Positions 31,874 to 40,381 of a stretch of DNA of 64,000 nt are shown in pieces; within the stretch, counting starts at the first letter, position 1, and each line of letters opens with the position of its first letter. Position numbers and translations under genes: made by a program. The notes beneath the pieces are model-generated. The model worked only from the letters and a program-made list of their open reading frames with translations. It was not told the DNA's origin and made no database searches. This stretch comes from Chthoniobacter flavus (GTDB taxonomy: Bacteria; Verrucomicrobiota; Verrucomicrobiia; Chthoniobacterales; JACTMZ01), in contig CAMDUL010000002.1 in the NCBI GenBank assembly GCA_945878135.1, positions 79,349-143,348 of the forward strand. The letters run 5' to 3'.

Positions 31874-33115
31874 TCAGAGCGCCTTGATCACCACGGACGA
31901 GTTGTGTCCGCCGAAACCGAAGGAATTGCTGATCGCCACCCTGACTTTTTTCTCCCGCGCCCGGTGCGGCACGTAGTCGAGGTCGCACTCGGGGTCCGGG
32001 TTGTCGAGGTTGATCGTCGGGGGAACGATGCCGTCGCGCATGGCCAGCACGGAGGCGGCCATCTCCACCGCACCGGCCGCACCAAGCAGGTGGCCGGTCA
32101 TCGATTTGGTCGAACTGACCAGCAGGCCTTTGGCGTGTTCCCCGAACGCGTGCTTCACCGCCTTGGTCTCGCAGATGTCGCCCACCGGCGTGGAAGTGCC
32201 GTGCGCGTTGATGTAGTCGATGTCCTCCGGGTTGACCTTGGCGTGCTTCATGGCCATGCCCATGCAACGCGAGGCCCCCTCCCCGCCCGGCAACGGGGCG
32301 CTCATGTGGTAGGCATCGGCCGTCAATCCGTAACCGGCCAGCTCGCAATAGATTTTCGCGCCGCGCCTTTTCGCGTGCTCGTATTCCTCGAGGATGATGG
32401 CGCCCGCCCCCTCGCCCATGACGAAGCCGTCGCGGTCCTTGTCGAACGGACGCGAAGCGCGCTCCGGTTCGTCGTTGCGCGTGCTCAAAGCCCGCATGGC
32501 GCAGAATCCCGCGATGCCCACGGGCACGATGCAGGCTTCGCTGCCGCCGGTCAGCATGACATCGGCATCGCCGAACTTGATGATGCGCCAGGCCTCGCCC
32601 ATGCAGTGGTTGGCCGTGGCGCAGGCCGTGACGATGGCCATGTTCGGTCCGCGCAGCCCGTGCTCCATCGAGATGAAACCGCTGGCCATGTTGCTGATCA
32701 TCATCGGGATCATGAAAGGCGACGTGCGGTCGGGACCCTTCAGCGCCATCTTTGTCACCTGGTCCTCCATGGTCTGCAGGCCGCCCACCCCGCTGCCGAT
32801 CATCACGCCGGCGCGGTCGAGATCGGTCGACGCGAGATCCAGGCCGGAATCATCAAGGCCCATCTTGGCGGCCGCCACCGCGAGCTGCGTGTAGCGGTCG
32901 GTGCGTTTGACGTCCTTCGGCGTCTTGAAATACCGGGTGGGCTCGAAGTCGCGAACCTCGCCCGCGATCTTGCTGTCGAACTTTTCCGAATCGAACGCCT
33001 TGTAGCGCGTGATGCCGCTCCGGCCCGCCCGGAGGCTCTCCCAAAAGGACTCCAGATCGTTGCCGACCGGGGAAATAACCCCCATACCTGTAATGACCAC
33101 ACGACGCTCGCTCAT
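31874..33115 (-). CDS. fabF: beta-ketoacyl-ACP synthase II
   Basis: The sequences 'RRVVITGMGVISPVGN', the active-site motif 'VTACATANHC', 'NAHGTSTPVGD' and 'NSFGFGGHN' are present. Confidence 0.95.
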   Translation of the reverse strand: MSERRVVITGMGVISPVGNDLESFWESLRAGRSGITRYKAFDSEKFDSKIAGEVRDFEPTRYFKTPKDVKRTDRYTQLAVAAAKMGLDDSGLDLASTDLDRAGVMIGSGVGGLQTMEDQVTKMALKGPDRTSPFMIPMMISNMASGFISMEHGLRGPNMAIVTACATANHCMGEAWRIIKFGDADVMLTGGSEACIVPVGIAGFCAMRALSTRNDEPERASRPFDKDRDGFVMGEGAGAIILEEYEHAKRRGAKIYCELAGYGLTADAYHMSAPLPGGEGASRCMGMAMKHAKVNPEDIDYINAHGTSTPVGDICETKAVKHAFGEHAKGLLVSSTKSMTGHLLGAAGAVEMAASVLAMRDGIVPPTINLDNPDPECDLDYVPHRAREKKVRVAISNSFGFGGHNSSVVIKAL

Positions 33116-33383
33116 ATCCTTGAAAGGAAATGCTTAATCCACACGAGCGAGTTTTGGCGAGGCCAAAGGGAGAGGCCGCCGTCCGCTCCGCGGTGCACGC
33201 CCTTTCCACCAGCCCATCCTCCGCCGCATCCGATGCGTCCCGCACACCTTGTCCCGCCCGCCCGCGGCAAGGTGCGGGGGACCGGACAGCATCCTCCCCG
33301 CCAGCGCCGCGCCGCGCCCGCCATGCCTCCCCGGGTCCATTGCCCCCCCAAAAAACCGCGCCCGATTGAACAAAAATTGGGCA

Positions 33384-33915
33384 ATGACCATGATTTTTGT
33401 TGTTCAGTGCGGGTTTTCAACAATATTCCGAGATTATGGTCTCCCCCCGCCAAACAAAATCCCGTCCGGAGTGCACCGCGCCTTCACCTTGATCGAGCTT
33501 CTGGTCGTCATTGCCGTCCTCGCCGCCTTGTCCGTCGGATCCTACCGCAGCATCATGGACCGCTGGCCCGCGGGCAAGGCCACCAACGGCGAGTTCAACT
33601 CGTGGTATGGCCCCCCCCACCAAACTGAACGACGGGAAAAAAGTCATGGTCAACCTCCGCCCCTACTACGGCGAAGGCGAGATCAAGGAGGACGGCACTT
33701 TCAAGGACCCCTGGGGCAACCAATATTCGATGAAATGGGATATCGATAACAGCGGCAAGCTGGAGTATTATGACAAAGGAAACCGCGAAAATATCCCGAG
33801 CACGTTCATTGTGGTGAGCCTGGGCAAGAACCGGACGCAAGACAATCCCCGCCTCAAGACGGCCGACGACGTCTTCAGTTTTTGCGCCTACCGCGACACC
33901 AATTTCTTCAGATAA
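33384..33915 (+). pseudogene. GspG-like pseudopilin / prepilin-type N-terminal methylation-domain protein, frameshifted at a poly-C tract
   Basis: The N-terminal 'RAFTLIELLVVIAVLAAL' is in frame 0 (ORF 33249..33749). The GspG-like C-terminal 'DPWGNQYSMKWDIDNSGKLEYYD' is in frame 1 (ORF 33511..33915). The frames switch at the C8 run at 33611-33618. Past the tract, frame 0 reads Arg-rich nonsense. Confidence 0.7.
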
Positions 33916-34426
33916 GCCGGTCGCTCCAAGCAGTCCGCCGAATGCGGGCTGATCATCCGGCGGTTGCCGCCCCCCGGCCGCGAACAACCCGCGCAGAAAA
34001 AACAAATCCCCCTGATCCTTGGGCCGCCCCGACATCCTCACGTTGCGGAGGCCGCGAAATCAGCTCCTCGGCCTCGTCAGGTAGTGCATCGTCCATGCAT
34101 CGGCCTCCTCGAAGGAGCGGAATCTGAAGACACCCTTGGGAAAACAAGGCATGGGAGCCTCCTCCCGGATGCGGGCCAGCGACCTCTGGAGGCCGAACCC
34201 CTATTCCAGCGAGTCCTTGATCCGCCGCCGCCCCACGGTCTTGCCGGTTTTTTCGTCAATGTTCGCCACCGGGTGCATCCCGAAAGAGTAGACCCCGGGT
34301 CCGGCACTGGCAACCACCGATCGGCGCCCTCTGTTACTCAGGGCCAGCCTTCAAGTCTCCGCCCTCTCTTCCAAAACTTCCCCCTTGCCCCGCGCCGCCA
34401 ACCGGCTAATATCCGCGGTTCCCGAT

Positions 34427-34678
34427 ATGACCAAGACCGCCGTAAGCAGCGTGGCGCTGCATGAGAAAGACACCGGAAGCGCGGACGTGCAAGTCGCGCG
34501 CCTCACCGAGCGCATCAACGAGCTGACCGAGCACCTCAAAGGGCACGCCAAAGACCACTCTTCCCGCCGCGGCCTCCTCAAAATGGTGGCCCGCCGTCGC
34601 AGCCTTCTCGACTATCTGAAAGACACCGCCGAGGAGCGCTACAGCAAACTCCTCGAGAGTCTCAATCTTCGCAAATAA
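34427..34678 (+). CDS. rpsO: 30S ribosomal protein S15
   Basis: The sequence '[48 protein letters not shown]' is present. The start is at 'MTKT'. Confidence 0.95.
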   Translation: MTKTAVSSVALHEKDTGSADVQVARLTERINELTEHLKGHAKDHSSRRGLLKMVARRRSLLDYLKDTAEERYSKLLESLNLRK

Positions 34679-34683
34679 ACCAA

Positions 34684-34709
34684 ACCGCCTCACTTTGCGG
34701 TGGTTTTTT
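34684..34709 (+). terminator. possible rho-independent terminator/attenuator after rpsO
   Basis: A short stem ACCGC/GCGGT with an 8-nt loop is followed by TTTTTT. The stem is weak (5 bp). Confidence 0.4.
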
Positions 34710-34851
34710 GCTGGAACTATCGAAACGCACGACCCCGCCGCTCATACCGCAGCCTGGGATCCAGGGCTCCAAAACCGGAGTTTTGCATCCTGTGCTTTGG
34801 GATGATGCGGGGCAGCGGTTCAGCCAAACCAACAACCCGTAAACACACCAC

Positions 34852-36987
34852 ATGTCACACACCATCGTCTCCGGCCGCATCGGCCAGAATGAGATCACCA
34901 TCGAAACCGGCAAAATCGCCAAACTCGCCGACGGCGCCGTCATGGTCCGCACCGGCGACACCATCATCCTGGCCAGCGCGGTCTCCGCGACCAAACTGCG
35001 CGAGGGGCAGGACTTCTTCCCGCTGACCGTCGACTACAAGGAAAAGGCAGCCGCGGCCGGCAAATTCCCCGGCGGCTACTTCAAACGCGAAGGACGCCCG
35101 ACCGAAAAAGAAACCCTCACCGCGCGCATGACCGACCGTCCGCTGCGCCCGCTCTTCCCGAAGGACTACTTCTTCGAGACGCAGATCATCAGCCTCCTGC
35201 TCAGCGCGGACGGCGAGAATGATGCCGACATCCTCAGCATCAACGGCGCCTCCGCCGCGCTCACCGTTTCCGACATTCCCTTCGCCGGCCCGATCGGCGC
35301 GGTGCGCATCGGACGGGTCAACGGCGAGTTCGTCATCAATCCCACCCACGCCCAGCGCGAACAGAGCGACCTCGATCTCGTTTACGTCGGCAAGGAAAAC
35401 GAAGTCATCATGATCGAAGGCGCCTGTGATGAATTGCCCGAGGCCGACTTCAAAGCCGCCCTCGATTTCGCCCAGGAGCCTGTGGCCAAACTCATCGCCA
35501 TGCAGCGCGAACTCGCGCAGAAAGCCGGCAAACCGAAACGCGACTACGCCCCGCTCAAGGTCGACGACGCGCTCCTCGAGATCGCCTACGCCGTGGCCGG
35601 CGACCGAATCGAGGCCGCCCTCTACACCAGCGGCAAAGTCAACCGCGCCAAAGCGGTCGGCGCCCTGCGCCAGGAAGTGGAAGCTGCGATCAAAGCGAAG
35701 TTTCCCGAAGCCAGCCCGTTCACCATCGGCCAGGCCTTCGATTACCTTCAGAAAAAAGCCTTCCGCATCAGCATCCTCGACCGCAAACAGCGTTGCGACG
35801 GACGCGGACTGCACGACCTGCGCAAACTCGAGGCCGAAGTCGGCGTGCTCCCGCGCGCCCATGGTTCCGCTATCTTCGCCCGCGGCGAGACGCAGGCCAT
35901 GGCCCTCGCCACCCTCGCCCCGGCCGACGAGGCGCAGAACCTCGACAACTACACCGGCGGTGAAGCCACCAAACGCTTCATCCTGCACTACAACTTCCCT
36001 CCGTTCAGCGTCGGTGAAACCGGCCGCTTCGGCGGCATGAACCGCCGTGAAATCGGACACGGTGCGCTCGCCGAGCGTTCCGTCCTCCCGGTCATCCCGC
36101 CGGAAAACGAATTCCCCTACGCCATCCGCGTGACCAGCGAAGTCATGGAGTCCAACGGTTCCACCTCGATGGCCAGCGTCTGCTCCGGCGTGCTCGCCCT
36201 CATGGACGCCGGTGTGCCGATCAAGCGACCCGTCGCCGGCATCTCCGTCGGATTGGTCAGCGAATTCGACGAGAGCGGTGCGCTCAAACGCTACACCACG
36301 CTGACCGACATCCTCGGTTCCGAGGACCACTTCGGCGACATGGACTTCAAACTCTGCGGCACGGAAAAAGGTGTCACCGGATTCCAACTCGACCTCAAGC
36401 TCCCGGGCATCAGCCTCGACATCCTCAAGCTGGCCATCGACGAAGCGACCGAAGCCCGCGGCAAGATCCTGCAGGTCATGAATGCCGCGCTCGCCTCGCA
36501 CCGCACGGAAATGAGCCCCTATGCCCCGCGCATCGAAACGCTCAAGATCCCCGTCGACAAAATCGGCCTCCTCATCGGCCCCGGCGGCAAAACGATCAAA
36601 GGAATCGTCGCGGAGACCGGCGCCGAGATCAACATCGAGGACGACGGTTCGGTCCACATCTACTCGAGCAACGGCGACAGCCTGCGCCGGGCCAAGGAGA
36701 TCATCTCCGGCATGACCAAGGAAATCGAAGTCGGCACGATGTATCAGGGCACCGTGGTGACAATCAAAGAATTCGGCTGCTTCGTCGAAGTCATGCCCGG
36801 CAAGGACGGACTCGTCCACATCTCCGAGCTGGCCGACTTCCGCGTCAACAAAGTGGAAGACGTGGTCAAAGTCGGCGACCAGATCTGGGTCAAATGCATC
36901 GGCGTTGACGACCGCGGCAAAGTGAAACTGAGCCGCAAAGCCGCGATGAAAGAGCGCGACCAGGAAGCCGTCCCGGCCGACGCGTAA
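34852..36987 (+). CDS. pnp: polyribonucleotide nucleotidyltransferase (PNPase)
   Basis: Full-length PNPase is present, with two RNase PH domains, a KH domain ('[15 protein letters not shown]') and an S1 domain ('[15 protein letters not shown]'). It is in the canonical position after rpsO. Confidence 0.97.
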   Translation: MSHTIVSGRIGQNEITIETGKIAKLADGAVMVRTGDTIILASAVSATKLREGQDFFPLTVDYKEKAAAAGKFPGGYFKREGRPTEKETLTARMTDRPLRPLFPKDYFFETQIISLLLSADGENDADILSINGASAALTVSDIPFAGPIGAVRIGRVNGEFVINPTHAQREQSDLDLVYVGKENEVIMIEGACDELPEADFKAALDFAQEPVAKLIAMQRELAQKAGKPKRDYAPLKVDDALLEIAYAVAGDRIEAALYTSGKVNRAKAVGALRQEVEAAIKAKFPEASPFTIGQAFDYLQKKAFRISILDRKQRCDGRGLHDLRKLEAEVGVLPRAHGSAIFARGETQAMALATLAPADEAQNLDNYTGGEATKRFILHYNFPPFSVGETGRFGGMNRREIGHGALAERSVLPVIPPENEFPYAIRVTSEVMESNGSTSMASVCSGVLALMDAGVPIKRPVAGISVGLVSEFDESGALKRYTTLTDILGSEDHFGDMDFKLCGTEKGVTGFQLDLKLPGISLDILKLAIDEATEARGKILQVMNAALASHRTEMSPYAPRIETLKIPVDKIGLLIGPGGKTIKGIVAETGAEINIEDDGSVHIYSSNGDSLRRAKEIISGMTKEIEVGTMYQGTVVTIKEFGCFVEVMPGKDGLVHISELADFRVNKVEDVVKVGDQIWVKCIGVDDRGKVKLSRKAAMKERDQEAVPADA

Positions 36988-37010
36988 GACCGCGATCAAC
37001 CAATCACACC

Positions 37011-37039
37011 AAGGGCGTTCCGCAAGGAACGCCCTTTTT
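37011..37039 (+). terminator. rho-independent terminator after pnp
   Basis: It has a perfect 11-bp stem AAGGGCGTTCC/GGAACGCCCTT with a GCAA tetraloop, running into a T-stretch. Confidence 0.75.
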
Positions 37040-37098
37040 GCTTTCTTCCGCGCACGTCTTCGGGCGAAGGTTCCGAGTCTCCCCCGGACGTCCTCGCT

Positions 37099-37317
37099 AT
37101 GCCTGATCCGAAGAAAGCGCCGGAAAAGCCGAAACACGCCCTTGAAACCGAGGTCATCTGGGCGGTTATCGGGCTCTATCTCTTCATCGCCGGCGTCCTT
37201 CTCCTCATCCACCACCTGCAACCCGAGGGACAGGAGACAAAATCGTCGTCGCCTTCGCCCAGCCACGCCTCGCAATACGGCGTGCCCGGCGGCGAACCGC
37301 ACGCCACCCGGCCATGA
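37099..37317 (+). CDS. hypothetical small single-pass membrane protein
   Basis: The 72-aa protein has one TM segment ('VIWAVIGLYLFIAGVLLLI'). Its stop overlaps the corA start (ATGA), suggesting translational coupling. Confidence 0.4.
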   Translation: MPDPKKAPEKPKHALETEVIWAVIGLYLFIAGVLLLIHHLQPEGQETKSSSPSPSHASQYGVPGGEPHATRP

Positions 37318-38279
37318 TCACTGCGTTCTTCAAGGACAACGGCAGCTTCCGCTTCACCCGGGAAGTGCAGACCGTCGAAGGACTCAAGGATGCCGTGTGG
37401 ATCGATGTCCTGCGCCCCACGCCCGAGGAGAAGGACATCCTCCGCTCCGCCCTGCAGATCGAACTGACCCTGCAGCATCCGACCATCTACCACGAGGACG
37501 ACACGCTCTTCATGACCATGGGCCTGGTCAGCAAGGACGAGGAAAACGAAACGCGGGTCAACAAGCTCACCTTCATCCTGCACGAGGATTGCGTCGTCAC
37601 CCTGCACGAGATCGAACTCATGCCCGTGGCCGTCTTCGCCCAGCGCATCCGCCGCAAAGCGCATCTTTATGACACCCCGCAGAAAATCCTCTGGGGCCTC
37701 CTCTTTGCCCTGAGCGAAACCGTGGCCGACCGCGTCGAGGCCGTCGGCACCGACCTCGAGCAATTGTCGAAAAACATCGCCGAGATGCCGACCGAACTCG
37801 GCACGGGCAAGACCGGCACCATGACCGAAATCAGCGAACTGCTCGCCGAGCTGTCGCGCTACGAGGACTTCATCTCCCAGAGCGGCGAGAGCGTGCTGCA
37901 ACTGGCCCGGGTCGTCCGCTACTTCAACGCCGAAGTCGACGGCTTCACCGATGCCGAGCTGCAGGCCCGGGTCAACGAACTGGCCGCGGACGTCGCCGGG
38001 ATCAAAGACCACCTCGCGTTTGAACACGACAAAGTCCGCTACCTGCAGCAGGCCTCCATGGGTATCCTGAACATGCAGCAGAACCAGATCGTCAAAGTTT
38101 TCACCATTCTGACGGCCGTGTTTCTCCCGCCAACGCTGGTCGGCACGATGTATGGGATGAACTTCTCCTACATGCCCGAGCTGTCCTGGAAGTGGGGCTT
38201 CCCCGTGACCATCGGCCTGACCTTCCTCTCCGCCATCCTCCCGCTCATCTACATCAAGAAAAAGCGCTGGCTGCGCTGA
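37314..38279 (+). CDS. corA: CorA-family magnesium/cobalt transporter
   Basis: The signature 'YGMNF' lies between two C-terminal TM helices, in a 321-aa protein. Confidence 0.9.
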   Translation: MITAFFKDNGSFRFTREVQTVEGLKDAVWIDVLRPTPEEKDILRSALQIELTLQHPTIYHEDDTLFMTMGLVSKDEENETRVNKLTFILHEDCVVTLHEIELMPVAVFAQRIRRKAHLYDTPQKILWGLLFALSETVADRVEAVGTDLEQLSKNIAEMPTELGTGKTGTMTEISELLAELSRYEDFISQSGESVLQLARVVRYFNAEVDGFTDAELQARVNELAADVAGIKDHLAFEHDKVRYLQQASMGILNMQQNQIVKVFTILTAVFLPPTLVGTMYGMNFSYMPELSWKWGFPVTIGLTFLSAILPLIYIKKKRWLR

Positions 38280-38285
38280 TCACCC

Positions 38286-38699
38286 GTGGCACGGGAAAAA
38301 AAACAGCGCATCGCCACGGACGCCGCACCGGAGCTGCGGACGAATCCCTTTGCCGCCCTCGAAATCCAAGGCCGCGAATCCCAAAAAGGTAGGGACACGC
38401 GGCCCGCGTGTCCGGCTCGACACCAACGGCCGAGCGAGCCGCTCGGCCCTACCTCCACCGTACGCCTCCTCCTGCGCCGCTCGACCGCCCACCGCGGCGG
38501 CAAAACCGTCCTCGTCCTCGAAGGATTTTCCCCCGCCTGGAACGAAGCCAAGTTGGGCGACCTCCTGCGCGAATTGAAAGCCTGCCTCGGCTGCGGCGGT
38601 CAAATCAACGCCCGCACGATCGAAATCCAAGGCGACCAACCCGACCGTCTGCAACCCCTGCTCGAATCCCGCGGCTTCGCCATCAAACGCGGTTGGTGA
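38286..38699 (+). CDS. yciH: translation initiation factor SUI1/eIF1 family (YciH-like), carrying a 22-aa repeat-encoded insertion
   Basis: The SUI1 core 'VRLLLRRSTAHRGGKTVLVLEGF...LRELKACLGCGGQINARTIEIQGDQPDRLQPLLESRGF' is present. The gene has a GTG start. Residues 35-56 are encoded by the 66-nt element at 38388-38453. Confidence 0.8.
   Translation: MAREKKQRIATDAAPELRTNPFAALEIQGRESQKGRDTRPACPARHQRPSEPLGPTSTVRLLLRRSTAHRGGKTVLVLEGFSPAWNEAKLGDLLRELKACLGCGGQINARTIEIQGDQPDRLQPLLESRGFAIKRGW
38388..38453. repeat. 66-nt double-hairpin palindromic element, copy 1 (inside yciH, in frame)
   Basis: The element reads GGTAG-GGACACGCGGCCCGCGTGTCC-GGCTCGACACCAAC-GGCCGAGCGAGCCGCTCGGCC-CTACC. Both 21-nt modules are perfect 9-bp stems with 3-nt loops. 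Confidence 0.9.
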
Positions 38700-38744
38700 A
38701 GCTATCGGCCGCAGCCAGCGGTCAAGGCGCCCCGCTGATCAGTT

Positions 38745-39149
38745 TCAAACTCCGGCGAAATCCGCAGGATCGATGGCAACCTTCGGGCAGGCTTTTCGCA
38801 GGGGCTTGTCGAAGGTGAGTAGCGGAACCTTGAGCGCCTCGGCCAGACAAACGAATTCCGCATCGTAGGCCGTCACATTTTTCCCGTGCGTCAGATCCAG
38901 AACATCATCGGACGGCAGCGCATACTCACGACCGCGCCACAGGGCCTCGGCCGCCTCCATCGTTTGCTTGGCCTGGGTCAGGGACATGCCCTCGTGGCGA
39001 ATGTAAAGCGTGAGAATATTCCTCATCTCAGACCGGCAAACGATGGGCACTGCCCACTCGGGATCCCTGCGGAAGACTCTTTCCGCCAGCAAACTTTTCT
39101 CTCCCGGAATCAGAAGGTAAGCGATGAGGTTCGAATCGACCACGATCAT
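38745..39149 (-). CDS. vapC: PIN-domain ribonuclease toxin VapC
   Basis: The N-terminal 'MIVVDSNLIAYLL' and the later acidic residues ('AYDAEFVCLAEAL') fit a PIN domain. The gene overlaps the upstream antitoxin gene by 4 nt. Confidence 0.85.
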   Translation of the reverse strand: MIVVDSNLIAYLLIPGEKSLLAERVFRRDPEWAVPIVCRSEMRNILTLYIRHEGMSLTQAKQTMEAAEALWRGREYALPSDDVLDLTHGKNVTAYDAEFVCLAEALKVPLLTFDKPLRKACPKVAIDPADFAGV

Positions 39150-39385
39150 GGCCGACCTTCGCTTTTGGCCGCAAAGATAAGGCGGTCCGTCAGTTTTCCC
39201 GGCAGCGAATCGCGGTGACGCCGGATGTCGGCAAGCATGGTCGCGACATCCACCTTGCTCGGCGCAACCGCGCTCTCAAGACAGGCCAACGCCTCTCTGT
39301 TCAGACTGCGTCCATGCTGCTTGGCGCGGGCTTTCAACGCCTTGTGCACAGTGGAAGGAATATCTTTGAGCGTGATGGTCACCAT
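39146..39385 (-). CDS. vapB: ribbon-helix-helix (Arc/FitA-like) antitoxin VapB
   Basis: The sequence 'MVTITLKDIPSTVHKALKARAKQHGRSLNREALACLE' fits the Arc/FitA RHH pattern. It lies upstream of and overlaps vapC. Confidence 0.8.
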   Translation of the reverse strand: MVTITLKDIPSTVHKALKARAKQHGRSLNREALACLESAVAPSKVDVATMLADIRRHRDSLPGKLTDRLIFAAKSEGRP

Positions 39386-39389
39386 ACAA

Positions 39390-39415
39390 CAACCATTACG
39401 GATCCGTTTCGGTTG
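39390..39415. promoter_or_regulatory. candidate VapB operator (palindrome)
   Basis: The site reads CAACC-att-ACGGATCCGT-ttc-GGTTG. The core ACGGATCCGT (39398-39407) is a perfect 10-bp palindrome 13 nt upstream of the vapB start codon. RHH antitoxins typically autoregulate through such sites. Confidence 0.35.
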
Positions 39416-39477
39416 TCAAGGAGATCAAGTTGCCGACGAGTCAGCTCCCGAGTGGCGGCGCCTCTATGACTCCCGGG

Positions 39478-40035
39478 TCACCAACTGACCCTCGTGGGAC
39501 CGCCATTCGGTGCGGCACCTGGTCCGGTTCCCGGAGGCCGCTTCCTCCATCGGACGAGGCAGCCCGCAATCGTCAGAAGACCGAGCGTGACGATGACTGA
39601 GGCGACCATGCCCTGACCCGGTCCGTGACCCCGGGCAAGAACCAGAGGCGTGATCGCCAGATAGAACACGCCTACCAAGATGCCCAGGGCCAACACCCAC
39701 CGTGGCGATCCCGGTCCCCAAATCCCCATCGACCAGCCAATCAGGTAGGGCAGAACCAATGACCCCCACCACATGGAGCGTTCCCCCGGTCCGCCAAACC
39801 CTCCGACACTGCTTAACCACCAAAGTGAACCCACACCAACCGCAATCAGGAGAAACACCATGACCCGATAGGTAATCACATGGCGGTCGTTTTTGCCGAG
39901 GCATGCACCAAGCGCAACCGAGCCGCTGCCGGGAAGGATCAACAACGATCCCTCCAACGGATCAAGAGCACCGACCAACATGGCGATGTAGCCCGCAATG
40001 GTGAGAAAGCGGGCCCACAGGATTCGGACACTCAT
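39478..40035 (-). CDS. hypothetical polytopic membrane protein
   Basis: The 185-aa protein has about 5 hydrophobic segments rich in G/W. A good Shine-Dalgarno sequence (AAAAGGAGAcgctATG) lies upstream. Its G+C looks lower than its neighbours by eye. I recognised no family. Confidence 0.5.
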   Translation of the reverse strand: MSVRILWARFLTIAGYIAMLVGALDPLEGSLLILPGSGSVALGACLGKNDRHVITYRVMVFLLIAVGVGSLWWLSSVGGFGGPGERSMWWGSLVLPYLIGWSMGIWGPGSPRWVLALGILVGVFYLAITPLVLARGHGPGQGMVASVIVTLGLLTIAGCLVRWRKRPPGTGPGAAPNGGPTRVSW

Positions 40036-40381
40036 AGCGTCTCCTTTTCGGTGTCATCTCTCATTGTGGTAGTTCGCCCGTAACCAACGAAGCCTGCTCG
40101 GCCCGACAACATGGTCGAGCAACCGCCGATGACGACACACTCAGGCCGCGTCTGAACATGTTCATGGATCCGCCCGAATTGAAACCGGAACTCTCAGCGG
40201 CGTATCGCTCGCCTCACTGATTCCGCGTTGCGTGTCAAACACTGGAGCCCGAAAGACAACAGGAGTGAATAAAAGAGGCACAAAAGATAAAACAGCGATA
40301 CCAGCGGAAACATTCCGGTGAGGGGCGTTTCCGAAACCGGCGCATGGCCGAGATCTCTGCACAAGCCAAGCGCTACAGGAG

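Noticed and set aside
33134-33391. The 85-aa minus-strand ORF upstream of fabF was considered as a possible acyl carrier protein gene.
   Set aside because: The translation is Arg/Gly-rich, lacks the ACP 'DSL' phosphopantetheine motif and is not acidic. The region is treated as non-coding.
34855-37302. An 815-aa minus-strand ORF lies antisense to pnp.
   Set aside because: PNPase on the plus strand is unambiguous. The antisense product is a repetitive, low-information sequence rich in G, D, E, A and V.
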